From IMG/VR virus record IMGVR_UViG_2663762841_000006, positions 1-42,406 of that record: a stretch of 42,406 nt of DNA; one strand, given 5' to 3'. The DNA is from a virus (Duplodnaviria > Heunggongvirae > Uroviricota > Caudoviricetes). The position numbers and the translations under genes were made by a program. Position 1 is the first letter of the stretch. Every line of letters begins with the position of its first letter. The notes under the pieces were generated by a model. It saw only the letters and a list, made by a program, of their open reading frames with translations, made no database searches and was not told where the DNA came from. This document shows, in pieces, positions 8,193 through 17,279 of this stretch.

Positions 8193-8232
8193 CCCGCATT
8201 TCGGCGGGACAATCCCATCAATGTTAAAGAGC
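8193..8232 (-). promoter_or_regulatory. nutL (boxA ggctctttaa; boxB cccgccgaaatgcggg)
   Basis: boxA close to CGCTCTTTA consensus; boxB hairpin identical to the one at 9350..9365 (nutR) in the opposite orientation. Confidence 0.6.
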
Positions 8233-8278
8233 CTGCCAATCTATTCCGTTTGGCTACCAGCGTCCTGCTGATGGCTTA

Positions 8279-8308
8279 AATTTAAGATCTCTTTAATTAA
8301 TGGTCAAG
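8279..8308 (-). promoter_or_regulatory. PL promoter (-35 TTGACC, -10 TAAATT/TTAAAT) with TTAAG-containing operator-like palindromes
   Basis: Read on minus strand; 17-18 bp spacing; sits between cI terminator and nutL. Confidence 0.45.
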
Positions 8309-8374
8309 AATATTTTTGAAGAAAACTTAAATTTTCTTTCGTGACTTAAGTTTGGCTTTGATTTTTAAAGGAAA

Positions 8375-8398
8375 TAAAAAAAAAGGGGCGAATGCCCC
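8375..8398 (-). terminator. rho-independent terminator downstream of repressor gene
   Basis: Hairpin ggggc-gaat-gcccc followed on minus strand by a long U-run (plus-strand A10). Confidence 0.7.
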
Positions 8399-8399
8399 C

Positions 8400-9050
8400 T
8401 TATGGAAGGTTTGCTAGTTTTGCATCGACAACTACGCCGATGATTTTGCAGTTTCCGTTGATCTCGATCATCGGATATTGTGGGTTAAGTGGTTTTAGAA
8501 ACTTCCTGCCTGCATCAATAACTAACTTCTTGAAAGTTGCCTCGTTTTCTCCTTCGAGCTTTGCAACTACCAGTTTCCCGTTACGCGGCTCTACTTCAGG
8601 ATCGACGAGTATTATCATTCCTTCAGGGATACTGAGACCGGCCGGAGCCGTCATTGAGTCTCCCTTCACGTCCAACCAAAACGAATCTTCTGAACAGTCT
8701 ACGGTTGTATCGTACCAGTTATCTATTGCACGCTTATGATATGGTTCTACAGCTTCCATCCAGCATCCTGCGCTCACCCAGCTAATCAGAGGGTATGACC
8801 CTCTTGGATCATGCCTACTGTGATAGGCAATGTTTGAAAGACTTTCCTCTCCTTTCATCAGATAGTCAGGGGAACACTTCAACGCATTAGCCAGGGCGAG
8901 AAGATTCTCTCCATTTGGCTCTGTCTCAGAGCGTTCCCACTGAGATATGGCAACATTAGACACGCCGACCATCTTTCCAAGTGCGGCCTGCCTGATCTTG
9001 AGTTCTTTTCTCCGAGCGCGAATGCGCTCTCCCATCAATTGAGTTTTCAT
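8400..9050 (-). CDS. c2: CI/C2-type prophage repressor (HTH + LexA-like S24 peptidase domain), P22 C2-like
   Basis: 216 aa; N-terminal HTH (QAALGKMVGVSNVAISQWER), C-terminal autocleavage domain (AG, GDSM, K motif); appears near-identical to the P22 C2 sequence as I recall it. Confidence 0.9.
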   Translation of the reverse strand: MKTQLMGERIRARRKELKIRQAALGKMVGVSNVAISQWERSETEPNGENLLALANALKCSPDYLMKGEESLSNIAYHSRHDPRGSYPLISWVSAGCWMEAVEPYHKRAIDNWYDTTVDCSEDSFWLDVKGDSMTAPAGLSIPEGMIILVDPEVEPRNGKLVVAKLEGENEATFKKLVIDAGRKFLKPLNPQYPMIEINGNCKIIGVVVDAKLANLP

Positions 9051-9053
9051 AGT

Positions 9054-9117
9054 TAAGACATCTTAAATAAACTTGACTTAAGATTCCTTTGGTGGATAAT
9101 TTAAGTGTTCTTTAATT
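9054..9117 (+). promoter_or_regulatory. OR/PR region: PR (-35 TTGACT 9074..9079, -10 GATAAT 9096..9101) with P22-type operators (ttaagacatcttaa; atttaagtgttctttaat)
   Basis: Promoter hexamers and imperfect palindromes read directly; operator sequence resembles P22 OR as recalled. Confidence 0.6.
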
Positions 9118-9130
9118 TCGGAGCGAGTCT

Positions 9131-9316
9131 ATGTACAAGAAAGATGTTATCGACCACTTCGGAACCCAGCGTGCTGTCGCTAAAGCGTTAGGCATTAGCG
9201 ACGCAGCAGTCTCTCAGTGGAAGGAAGTCATCCCAGAGAAAGACGCCTATCGACTGGAAGTCGTTACAGCTGGCGCCCTGAAGTATCAAGAAAGCGCTTA
9301 CCGCAAAGCGGCATAA
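9131..9316 (+). CDS. cro: Cro repressor (P22-type)
   Basis: 61 aa HTH protein (QRAVAKALGISDAAVSQW) transcribed divergently from the repressor gene. Confidence 0.85.
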   Translation: MYKKDVIDHFGTQRAVAKALGISDAAVSQWKEVIPEKDAYRLEVVTAGALKYQESAYRKAA

Positions 9317-9323
9317 GCAAATT

Positions 9324-9365
9324 GCTCTTTAACAGTCATGGTCCTCATTCCCGCCGAAATGCGGG
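9324..9365 (+). promoter_or_regulatory. nutR (boxA gctctttaa; boxB cccgccgaaatgcggg)
   Basis: Same boxA/boxB pair as nutL, here on the plus strand between cro and the CII-like gene. Confidence 0.6.
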
Positions 9366-9424
9366 AATACAACGCACATAAGTTGATGCGTATAACTTCT
9401 TATTTGTTAAGGAAATACTTACAT

Positions 9425-9703
9425 ATGCAACTTACAAGTACTCGCAAGAAAGCGAATGCAATTACAAGCAACATCCTGAATCGAATTGCTGTACGTGGTC
9501 AGCGAAAGGTTGCTGATGCATTAGGGATTAATGAATCGCAAATTTCGCGATGGAAAGACAGCTTCATCCCAAAAATGGGAATGCTTCTGGCTGTTCTTGA
9601 ATGGGGTGTTGAAGACGAGGAGTTGGCGGAACTGGCTAAGAAAGTAGCCAGAATGCTGACAAAAGAAAAAGCCCCGAAGAACGGCGAATTCTTCGAGGCC
9701 TGA
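9425..9703 (+). CDS. cII: CII-like transcriptional activator
   Basis: 92 aa from ATG with AAGGA RBS; LLAVLEWGV and ESQISRWK motifs match lambda CII as recalled; track start 9338 rejected. Confidence 0.75.
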   Translation: MQLTSTRKKANAITSNILNRIAVRGQRKVADALGINESQISRWKDSFIPKMGMLLAVLEWGVEDEELAELAKKVARMLTKEKAPKNGEFFEA

Positions 9704-9737
9704 TGTAGAAAGACTGGATCAATCCACAGGAGTAATT

Positions 9738-9899
9738 ATGACAAAACGTCGTAAGAAATACCAGGAAAAAGAAGAGATTCGACACCCTGATTCACCTGAG
9801 GGATTAGTGGTAGCCGCAGCAAATAACAGGGCGTTCGCAGAGCGCCTTGTTGGTGTTTACAGACTAGCCAAAGCAGGAGTGAAACATGGGCGTCGTTAA
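9738..9899 (+). CDS. small basic hypothetical protein, 53 aa
   Basis: Manual translation MTKRRKKYQEKEEIRHPDSPEGLVVAAANNRAFAERLVGVYRLAKAGVKHGRR; CAGGAG RBS. Confidence 0.35.
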   Translation: MTKRRKKYQEKEEIRHPDSPEGLVVAAANNRAFAERLVGVYRLAKAGVKHGRR

Positions 9900-9948
9900 G
9901 TTAGCTGATTACAGGCATAACCCTGTACAACATCAGGAGGCATCCAGT

Positions 9949-10776
9949 ATGGGGTATGTCTCTATACACCGCCAGTTTATGGACAGCAGGCTCTATAAGG
10001 ACTCTCAGGCAGTACATCTTTGGCTTCACTTAATCCTCAAGGCTAATCACGAATCTACTGTCGTCAATACGGATATCGGTCCGATAACTGTTGATCGCGG
10101 TCAGATGATAACTGGACGCCCGTCGCTGGTCAGAGAAACATTCATTCCCGACAACAAAGTTCGGAGCTTATTACGGACTTTTGAGTCGAAAGGGATGCTT
10201 AATATTTGCTCGATGGGGAAGAAATTTAGCCTGTTTACAATCGTTAAATATGACGATTTTCAGGCAAAAAATTGTCCAACGGTTGTCCAACGGTTGTCCA
10301 ACGCAAACACCAGTAATGGCGCGGCTCTCAGTGGAGATTGTCCAACGGTTGTCCAACGGTTGTCCATAAACAATAATATAAATAATATCTCTAATACTGA
10401 CGTATTAGAGAGTGCCACAGCAGACAAAAAGTCTGACAAGAAAAAACCTTCCGTTAGCTGTCAGGATGTTGTCGATGCTTACCACGAAATCCTTCCTGAA
10501 GCGCCAAGAATCCGCGCACTGAATGACAAGCGTAAAAACCAGATCCGAACGTTCTGGCGCAAAGCCGGAGTGATAACCCGCCAGCTTGACGGACATGGGT
10601 TCACGATGCAGGACTGGAGAAATTATTTGAGCTACGTAGGCGAAAATTGTCGATGGATGTTCGAAGAGCGTCCAAACCATCAACGTGGAACTGTCTGGCA
10701 CAAAAAGGGATTTGATTTCCTGCTTAACGATAATACCTACCTGAAAGTTCGTGAGGGTGAACACGATGACCGATAA
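9949..10776 (+). CDS. replication initiator (lambda O / P22 gene 18 analog) containing the origin iterons
   Basis: AGGAGG RBS before ATG 9949; six 11-bp iterons inside the gene; immediately followed by the helicase gene. Confidence 0.65.
   Translation: MGYVSIHRQFMDSRLYKDSQAVHLWLHLILKANHESTVVNTDIGPITVDRGQMITGRPSLVRETFIPDNKVRSLLRTFESKGMLNICSMGKKFSLFTIVKYDDFQAKNCPTVVQRLSNANTSNGAALSGDCPTVVQRLSINNNINNISNTDVLESATADKKSDKKKPSVSCQDVVDAYHEILPEAPRIRALNDKRKNQIRTFWRKAGVITRQLDGHGFTMQDWRNYLSYVGENCRWMFEERPNHQRGTVWHKKGFDFLLNDNTYLKVREGEHDDR
10272..10400. repeat. replication origin: six iterons TTGTCCAACGG (10272..10304 and 10338..10370) followed by an AT-rich stretch (10368..10400)
   Basis: Exact tandem repeats seen directly; in-frame, encoding the repeated peptide CPTVVQRLS. 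Confidence 0.75.
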
Positions 10777-12202
10777 TTTTTATGCGCCGCCCCATAGCAT
10801 CGAGGCAGAGCAGGCGGTGATTGGTGGATTGCTTCTGGATGATGACAGCAGTGAGCGCGTCCAGAAAGTTCTGGCGATGCTGAAGCCTGATTCATTTTAC
10901 AGCCGACCACACAAAATCCTTTTCGAAGAAATAACCAGAATGCACCGGGAGCAAAAGCCAGTAGATGGCCTGACGCTTTTCGATGAACTTGAGCGTAAAT
11001 CGTTAACGGCGTCTGTTGGAGGTTTTGCTTATATCGCTGAGATCGCAAAGAACACGCCAAGTGCAGCAAACATCGTTGCCTATGCAATGCAGGTTCGTGA
11101 AACCGCAATGGAACGCTACGCCATCAACCGCATGACTGAAGCGACGGAATTGCTCTATTCCCGCAACGGAATGACTGCAACGCAGAAGTACGAAGCTATT
11201 CAGGCGATTTTCACGCAACTGACAGACCATGCAAAAACCGGATCGCGTCGTGGCCTTCGCTCATTTGGTGAGGTCATGGAAGACTGGGTTAGCGACCTTG
11301 AGAAGCGATTTGACCCGTCAGGCGAACAGCGAGGAATGAGCACAGGGATCCCATCGCTGGACAGGATGCTGTCACCGAAAGGTCTGGTGAAAGGCTCTCT
11401 GTTTGTCATTGGCGCTCGCCCTAAGATGGGGAAAACGACGCTATACAGCCAGATGGCAATCAACTGCGCAGTGCATGAGAAAAAGCCCGCTCTGATGTTC
11501 AGCCTTGAAATGCCAGGCGACCAGATACTGGAAAAACTGGTAGGACAGAAGTCAGGTGTTAACCCGAATATTTTTTACCTTCCGGCGACAAATGACGCTG
11601 ATGACGGCTATCAGGGTGATTACGATGGTGACTTCAACAGGGCGATCGAAACAGCCAATCGCTTGAGTGAAATCGACCTGCTTTACATCGACGACACGCC
11701 GGGATTATCTCTGGCTCAAATCGTCAGCGAAAGCCGTCGAATCAAGCGAGAAAAAGGATGTGTTGGCATGATTCTGGTCGATTACCTGACACTAATGACC
11801 GCTGAGAAGGCCGATCGCAACGACCTTGCTTACGGCATGATCACCAAAGGACTGAAGAACCTTGCCAAAGAGCTTGATTGCGTTGTTGTGCTTCTGACAC
11901 AGCTTAACCGCGCACTGGAAAGCCGAACCAATAAACGCCCATTACCAAGTGACTCACGAGATACAGGGCAGATTGAACAGGATTGCGATTATTGGGTGGG
12001 GATCCATCGTGAAGGCGCTTTTGATGACAGCGTTCCTCCTGGTGAAACCGAACTAATCCTTCGCCTCAATCGTCATGGCAATACCGGCACGGTGTATTGC
12101 ATTCAGGCAAATGGCGCTATTTATGACACAGACCAACAGTCTGCTGAAATGCGCCGCCGTGAACGCGAGGAACCGCAGTCCAAGAAGAAAGGAGGATTCT
12201 GA
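10766..12202 (+). CDS. replicative DNA helicase, DnaB family (P22 gene 12 analog)
   Basis: Walker A GARPKMGKT, DnaB N-terminal motif SIEAEQAVIGGLL; GAGGG RBS before ATG 10766. Confidence 0.85.
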   Translation: MTDNFYAPPHSIEAEQAVIGGLLLDDDSSERVQKVLAMLKPDSFYSRPHKILFEEITRMHREQKPVDGLTLFDELERKSLTASVGGFAYIAEIAKNTPSAANIVAYAMQVRETAMERYAINRMTEATELLYSRNGMTATQKYEAIQAIFTQLTDHAKTGSRRGLRSFGEVMEDWVSDLEKRFDPSGEQRGMSTGIPSLDRMLSPKGLVKGSLFVIGARPKMGKTTLYSQMAINCAVHEKKPALMFSLEMPGDQILEKLVGQKSGVNPNIFYLPATNDADDGYQGDYDGDFNRAIETANRLSEIDLLYIDDTPGLSLAQIVSESRRIKREKGCVGMILVDYLTLMTAEKADRNDLAYGMITKGLKNLAKELDCVVVLLTQLNRALESRTNKRPLPSDSRDTGQIEQDCDYWVGIHREGAFDDSVPPGETELILRLNRHGNTGTVYCIQANGAIYDTDQQSAEMRRREREEPQSKKKGGF

Positions 12203-12277
12203 TGACCATCTACATCACTGAGCTAATAACAGGCCTGCTGGTAATCGCAGGCCTTTTTATTTGGGGGAGAGGGAAGT

Positions 12278-12604
12278 GTGGCTGACTGGCAAATTCCAAT
12301 CATCATTCTTGCCGGAGCTTCGCTGGTTGCTGGCTTTATCCTGCTGAAAAAGCATAAAGACCGTGATCAAAAAGTCGAAGTTCTCTATGGGTATCCAGCG
12401 AACAGCACAACATGGCTGACCATTTACCACTACCGAAAATCAGGCCGCTGGGTATTCGAATGGGATGATCTGTTTGCTGAAAAGCGACCAAAGTCATGGG
12501 GAGACATCAGCGAATGCATGATGTTTGAAGAAAGAAAATCCGGCGCAACCCGAGAAGAGTTTAACGAAGCGTGGGCGCGATTAAGTGAGAGAGGGTATTT
12601 GTGA
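12278..12604 (+). CDS. hypothetical membrane-anchored protein, 108 aa (ren-slot gene)
   Basis: GTG start with GGGAGAGGG RBS; N-terminal hydrophobic helix IPIIILAGASLVAGFILL. Confidence 0.45.
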   Translation: MADWQIPIIILAGASLVAGFILLKKHKDRDQKVEVLYGYPANSTTWLTIYHYRKSGRWVFEWDDLFAEKRPKSWGDISECMMFEERKSGATREEFNEAWARLSERGYL

Positions 12605-12801
12605 GCAAGTACGAAAAATTAGATCAAAACATTCTTTCAATGCTGAGTGAAAGACCAACACCTGTTTTTGATATCTGGCTTAAATGGCGGAGCAATGGAA
12701 TGTATATCGAAACCATCGATCGCCGTATGCAATACCTGAGAAAGAAAGGGCTTGTTGCAAATGTGCGTGGGAAGGGTTGGGTGAAAATTAACCTGTCATA
12801 A
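12601..12801 (+). CDS. hypothetical protein, 66 aa
   Basis: GTG start overlapping the upstream stop; no recognised motif. Confidence 0.35.
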   Translation: MSKYEKLDQNILSMLSERPTPVFDIWLKWRSNGMYIETIDRRMQYLRKKGLVANVRGKGWVKINLS

Positions 12802-12812
12802 CGGGGATTGAT

Positions 12813-13079
12813 ATGGACGAATCAAGAAAGCAGTTTGAAGAATGGTTTAAAAACAAATATCACGTTTCAAGTGACGTGATGAAGATTATGCACATCAAGG
12901 TCGAGATTGCATGGGAGGCATGGCAGGCATCGCGAGCAGCTATTGAAATTGAGCTGCAAAAGCCAAAGAAAGGCCCACTTCCCGGTGATTATCACATTGG
13001 CTATGACTCAGGTGCAGAATCACAATACGAAAGCGATGTAGAGGCCATCCGCGCGGCTGGAGTTAAAGTGAAGGAGTGA
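12813..13079 (+). CDS. hypothetical protein, 88 aa
   Basis: ORF with ATG start; no recognised motif. Confidence 0.4.
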   Translation: MDESRKQFEEWFKNKYHVSSDVMKIMHIKVEIAWEAWQASRAAIEIELQKPKKGPLPGDYHIGYDSGAESQYESDVEAIRAAGVKVKE

Positions 13080-13081
13080 GT

Positions 13082-13288
13082 ATGACAAATCAGCAGCAAA
13101 TAGAGTTCATCCTTGAGCAGATCAGAAAAATGCGAGAAAAGAACCAGCCAGACATGATGGAAATATGGAGACGCCAGCAGGAAGAATACCGCAAGCATAT
13201 TTTTGGTGAGAGAAAACAGGATGACTGGAGCCTATATGGCTATGGCACCAGGACAAATAAAAACGGATATAGCCTTTACACATATTGA
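13082..13288 (+). CDS. hypothetical protein, 69 aa
   Basis: AAGGAG RBS 5 nt before ATG 13082. Confidence 0.4.
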   Translation: MTNQQQIEFILEQIRKMREKNQPDMMEIWRRQQEEYRKHIFGERKQDDWSLYGYGTRTNKNGYSLYTY

Positions 13289-13296
13289 GGAATTCC

Positions 13297-13707
13297 ATGA
13301 AACAGACAATTTTCCTCAGGAGTAAGCAACAACAGCAAGCCGCAATCAACGCCATCCTCGCAACACCACTCGATAAAGACAAGCCAGTTACCATCCGCAT
13401 TACTGACTACAAGCGCAACCTTGACCAGAACGCAAAATTTCACGCGATGCTGGCGGATATCGCAAGTCAGGTTCAATGGTGCGGCAAATGGTTAAAACCA
13501 GAACAGTGGAAGGTTTTGTTGATTAGCGGTCATGCAGTGGCAACAAAACAGGAAGCTGATGTTTTGCGCGGCCTTGAAGGCGAATTCGTCAACATTCGCG
13601 AAAGCAGCGCGCAGATGAGTGTGAAGCGTATGGCAAGTCTGATCGAGTACACAACAGCCTGGGCTATTGGTCAGGGTGTCAGATTTACCGACAGGAGGTA
13701 CGAATGA
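13297..13707 (+). CDS. ninB: NinB (recombination protein, lambda NinB/Orf family)
   Basis: GAGGA RBS; RNLDQN and WCGKWL motifs match lambda NinB as recalled. Confidence 0.8.
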   Translation: MKQTIFLRSKQQQQAAINAILATPLDKDKPVTIRITDYKRNLDQNAKFHAMLADIASQVQWCGKWLKPEQWKVLLISGHAVATKQEADVLRGLEGEFVNIRESSAQMSVKRMASLIEYTTAWAIGQGVRFTDRRYE

Positions 13708-13880
13708 GACGACAGCGACGAAGTATCACCGACATAATCTGCGAAAACTGCAAATACCTTCCAACGAAGCGCTCCAGAAACAAACGCAAGCCAATCCCAA
13801 AAGAATCTGACGTAAAAACCTTCAATTATACGGCTCACCTGTGGGATATCCGGTGGCTAAGACATCGTGCGAGGAAATGA
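13704..13880 (+). CDS. ninD: NinD-like small protein, 58 aa
   Basis: Manual translation [32 protein letters not shown]...; AGGAGG RBS; ATGA overlap with ninB stop; identity to lambda NinD recalled but not verified. Confidence 0.45.
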   Translation: MRRQRRSITDIICENCKYLPTKRSRNKRKPIPKESDVKTFNYTAHLWDIRWLRHRARK

Positions 13881-13882
13881 CG

Positions 13883-14827
13883 ATGACTGCGTATTACAAC
13901 GAAATAGATCCGTATGCAGCGCAATGGCTGCGTAACTTAATTGACGCTGGAGAAATTGCCCCCGGTTATGTAGATGAAAGGAGTATTGAAGATGTCACAC
14001 CAGGTGATTTGCGAGGATTTACCCAGCACCACTTTTTTGCAGGAATCGGAGTTTGGAGCTATGCACTTAGAAAAGCAGGATGGCCAGACAACAAGAGTAT
14101 CTGGACAGGAAGTTGCCCATGCCAACCTTTCAGCTCGGCAGGCAAAGGAAAAGGGGTTGATGACGAGCGGCACTTATGGCCGGCATTCTTCTGGCTTATT
14201 GAAAAATGCAATCCTGGCATCGTTATTGGCGAACAGGTTGCAAGCGCAGACGGCCTCGCTTGGCTCGACCTTGTACAAACTGACTTGGAAGGTGCGAACT
14301 ACACCTCTGCAGGTACCGATATTTGCGCTGCGGGCTTCGGTTCTCCGCACATCAGGCAGCGATTGTATTGGGTGGCCTACTCCAACGACAAATATCAACT
14401 TTCAGCCAGAGACACGCAGGGGAATTCAGAACCTATCTGGATGCGTGAGACTAGCGGGATGGCAAACTCCTTTAGCGAACGATGCAACAGGTTCAACGCA
14501 TTGCTACAGCGGAAAAGACAAGAGCGGAACCCCAAGAATCTGCTTGAAACTTCCCGGGACGGTGAAGCTATGTACCCATTACCGGTTAACGGCTTCTGGA
14601 GAGATGCAGACTGGCTTTACTGTAGAGATGAAAAATATCGTCCAGTTAGACCCGGCTCATTCCCGATGGTTAATGGCATTGCCAAAAGCTTGGGACGAGG
14701 CAAGTCCACACTGGGAAGAATGGCAAAGCGCAATCAAGATCAGCGAATTATTGGATATGGAAACGCAATCAATGCAGAAGTAGCAACGGCATTCGTGAAA
14801 GTTTGTATGGAGGTTGTTAATGCTTAG
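13883..14827 (+). CDS. DNA (cytosine-5)-methyltransferase, orphan (no cognate nuclease gene seen)
   Basis: Motif I FFAGIG, motif IV PCQPFSSAG, motif VI-like GEQV, motif VIII QRLYWVAY, motif X GNAI; start chosen at second ATG for RBS spacing. Confidence 0.75.
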   Translation: MTAYYNEIDPYAAQWLRNLIDAGEIAPGYVDERSIEDVTPGDLRGFTQHHFFAGIGVWSYALRKAGWPDNKSIWTGSCPCQPFSSAGKGKGVDDERHLWPAFFWLIEKCNPGIVIGEQVASADGLAWLDLVQTDLEGANYTSAGTDICAAGFGSPHIRQRLYWVAYSNDKYQLSARDTQGNSEPIWMRETSGMANSFSERCNRFNALLQRKRQERNPKNLLETSRDGEAMYPLPVNGFWRDADWLYCRDEKYRPVRPGSFPMVNGIAKSLGRGKSTLGRMAKRNQDQRIIGYGNAINAEVATAFVKVCMEVVNA

Positions 14828-14996
14828 CCCATCCCAATCCCTTCAATACCAGAAAGAAAGCGTCGAGCGAGCTTTAACGTGCGCTAACTGCGGTCAGAAG
14901 CTGCATGTGCTGGAAGTTCACGTGTGTGAGCACTGCTGCGCAGAACTGATGAGCGATCCGAATAGCTCAATGTACGAGGAAGAAGACGATGGCTAA
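14814..14996 (+). CDS. ninF: NinF
   Basis: 60 aa; CANCGQ...CEHCC zinc-binding motifs; sequence matches lambda NinF as recalled. Confidence 0.75.
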   Translation: MLMLSPSQSLQYQKESVERALTCANCGQKLHVLEVHVCEHCCAELMSDPNSSMYEEEDDG

Positions 14997-15600
14997 ACCA
15001 GCACGAAGACGATGTAAAAACGGTGAATGTCGGGAATGGTTTCACCCTGCATTCGCTAATCAGTGGTGGTGCTCTCCAGAGTGTGGAACAAAGATAGCAC
15101 TCGAACGACGAAGCAAAGAACGCGAAAAAGCGGAAAAAGCAGCAGAGAAGAAACTACGACGAGAGGAGCAGAAACAGAAAGATAAACTGAAGATTCGAAA
15201 ACTCGCCTTAAAGCCCCGCAGTTACTGGATTAAACAAGCCCAACAAGCCGTAAACGCCTTCATCAGAGAAAGAGACCGCGACTTACCATGTATCTCGTGC
15301 GGAACGCTCACGTCTGCTCAGTGGGATGCCGGACATTACCGGACAACTGCTGCGGCACCTCAACTCCGATTTGATGAACGCAATATTCACAAGCAATGCG
15401 TGGTGTGCAACCAGCACAAAAGCGGAAATCTCGTTCCGTATCGCGTCGAACTGATTAGCCGTATCGGGCAGGAAGCAGTAGACGAAATCGAATCAAACCA
15501 TAACCGCCATCGCTGGACTATCGAAGAGTGCAAGGCGATCAAGGCAGAGTACCAACAGAAACTCAAAGACCTGCGAAATAGCAGAAGTGAGGCCGCATGA
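14989..15600 (+). CDS. ninG: NinG/Rap recombination-promoting nuclease
   Basis: 203 aa with Cys-rich N- and central regions; matches lambda NinG as recalled. Confidence 0.8.
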   Translation: MAKPARRRCKNGECREWFHPAFANQWWCSPECGTKIALERRSKEREKAEKAAEKKLRREEQKQKDKLKIRKLALKPRSYWIKQAQQAVNAFIRERDRDLPCISCGTLTSAQWDAGHYRTTAAAPQLRFDERNIHKQCVVCNQHKSGNLVPYRVELISRIGQEAVDEIESNHNRHRWTIEECKAIKAEYQQKLKDLRNSRSEAA

Positions 15601-15803
15601 CGTTCTCAGTAAAAACCATTCCAGACATGCTCGTTGAAGCATACGGAAACCAGACAGAAGTAGCACGCAGACTGAAATGTAGTCGCGGTACGGTCAGAAA
15701 ATACGTTGATGATAAAGACGGGAAAATGCACGCCATCGTCAACGACGTTCTTATGGTTCATCGCGGATGGAGTGAAAGAGATGCGCTATTACGAAAAAAT
15801 TGA
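15597..15803 (+). CDS. ninH: NinH
   Basis: 68 aa; HTH-like [18 protein letters not shown]; matches lambda NinH as recalled. Confidence 0.8.
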   Translation: MTFSVKTIPDMLVEAYGNQTEVARRLKCSRGTVRKYVDDKDGKMHAIVNDVLMVHRGWSERDALLRKN

Positions 15804-16446
15804 TGGCAGCAAATACCGAAATATTTGGGTAGTTGGCGACCTGCACGGATGCTACACGAACCTGATGAACAAACTGGATACGATTGGATTCGACACCCAA
15901 AAAGACCTGCTTATCTCGGTTGGCGATTTGGTCGATCGCGGTGCAGAGAACGTCGAATGCCTGGAATTAATCACATTCCCCTGGTTCAGAGCTGTACGTG
16001 GAAACCATGAGCAAATGATGATTGATGGCTTATCAGAGCGTGGAAACGTCAATCACTGGCTGTTTAATGGCGGTGGCTGGTTCTTTAATCTCGATTACGA
16101 CAAAGAAATTCTGGCTAAAGCTCTTGCCCATAAAGCAGATGAACTTCCGTTAATCATCGAACTGGTGAGCAAAGGTAAAAAATATGTCATCTGCCACGCC
16201 GATTATCCTTGTGATAAATACGAGTTTGGAAAGCCAGTTGATCATCAGCAGGTAATCTGGAACCGCGAACGAATCAGCAACTCACAAGACGGGTTCGTGA
16301 AAGAAATCAAAGGCGCGGACACGTTCATCTTTGGTCATACGCCAGCAGTGAAACCACTCAAGTTTGCCAACCAGATGTATATCGATACCGGCGCAGTGTT
16401 CTGCGGAAACCTCACATTGATTCAGGTACAGGGAGAAGGCGCATGA
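15781..16446 (+). CDS. ninI: Ser/Thr protein phosphatase NinI (lambda PPase)
   Basis: Metallophosphatase motifs GDLHG, GDLVDRG, GNHE; start at MRYYEK, so track start 15706 rejected. Confidence 0.9.
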   Translation: MRYYEKIDGSKYRNIWVVGDLHGCYTNLMNKLDTIGFDTQKDLLISVGDLVDRGAENVECLELITFPWFRAVRGNHEQMMIDGLSERGNVNHWLFNGGGWFFNLDYDKEILAKALAHKADELPLIIELVSKGKKYVICHADYPCDKYEFGKPVDHQQVIWNRERISNSQDGFVKEIKGADTFIFGHTPAVKPLKFANQMYIDTGAVFCGNLTLIQVQGEGA

Positions 16447-17066
16447 GACTCGAAAGCGTAGCTAAATTTCATTCGCCAAAAAGCCCGATGATGAGCGACT
16501 CACCACGGGCTACGGCTTCTGACTCTCTTTCCGGTGCTGATGTGATGGCTGCTATGGGGATGGCGCAATCACAAGCCGGATTCGGTATGGCTGCATTCTG
16601 TGGTAAGCATGAACTCAGCCAGAACGACAAACAAAAGGCTATCAACTATCTGATGCAATTTGCATACAAGGTATCGGGGAAATACCGTGGTGTGGCAAAG
16701 CTTGAAGGAAATACTAAGGCAAAGGTACTGCAAGTGCTCGCAACATTCGCTTATGCGGATTATTGCCGTAGTGCCGCGACGCCGGGCGCAAGATGCAGAG
16801 ATTGCCACGGTACAGGCCGTGCGGTTGATATAGCAAAAACAGAGCAGTGGGGGAGAGTTGTTGAGAAAGAATGCGGAAGATGCAAAGGTGTCGGCTATTC
16901 AAGGATGCCAGCAAGCGCAGCATATCGCGCTGTGACGATGCTAATCCCAAACCTTACCCAACCCACCTGGTCACGCACTGTTAAGCCGCTGTATGACGCT
17001 CTGGTGGTGCAATGCCACAAGGAAGAGTCAATCGCAGACAACATTTTGAACGCGGTCACACGTTAG
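16443..17066 (+). CDS. Q: late-gene antiterminator Q
   Basis: 207 aa; zinc-finger CRDCHGTG...CGRCKG; appears near-identical to lambda Q as recalled. Confidence 0.9.
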   Translation: MRLESVAKFHSPKSPMMSDSPRATASDSLSGADVMAAMGMAQSQAGFGMAAFCGKHELSQNDKQKAINYLMQFAYKVSGKYRGVAKLEGNTKAKVLQVLATFAYADYCRSAATPGARCRDCHGTGRAVDIAKTEQWGRVVEKECGRCKGVGYSRMPASAAYRAVTMLIPNLTQPTWSRTVKPLYDALVVQCHKEESIADNILNAVTR

Positions 17067-17108
17067 CAGCATGATTGCCACGGATGGCAACATATTAACG
17101 GCATGATA

Positions 17109-17137
17109 TTGACTTTTTGAATAAAGTTGGGTAAATT
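17109..17137 (+). promoter_or_regulatory. late promoter PR' (-35 TTGACT, -10 TAAATT) with overlapping qut region
   Basis: Hexamers read directly; sequence from here to tR' matches the lambda PR'/6S RNA region as recalled. Confidence 0.7.
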
Positions 17138-17279
17138 TGACCCAACGATGGGTTAATTCGCTCGTTGTGGTAGTGAGATGAAAAGAGGCGGCGCTTACTA
17201 CCGATTCCGCCTAGTTGGTCACTTCGACGTATCGTCTGGAACTCCAACCATCGCAGGCTGAGAGGTCTGCAAATGCAAT

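Noticed and set aside
9338-9424. Upstream extension of the CII-like ORF
   Set aside because: It overlaps nutR boxB; the RBS-supported ATG at 9425 gives a protein aligning with lambda CII from its first residues.
10171-10369. Two short ORFs (61 and 62 aa) overlapping the iteron region on both strands
   Set aside because: They are generated by the repeated iteron sequence inside the initiator gene; no RBS and repetitive translation.
15706-15780. Upstream extension of the phosphatase ORF
   Set aside because: It overlaps ninH; lambda phosphatase begins MRYYEK, which corresponds to the ATG at 15781.
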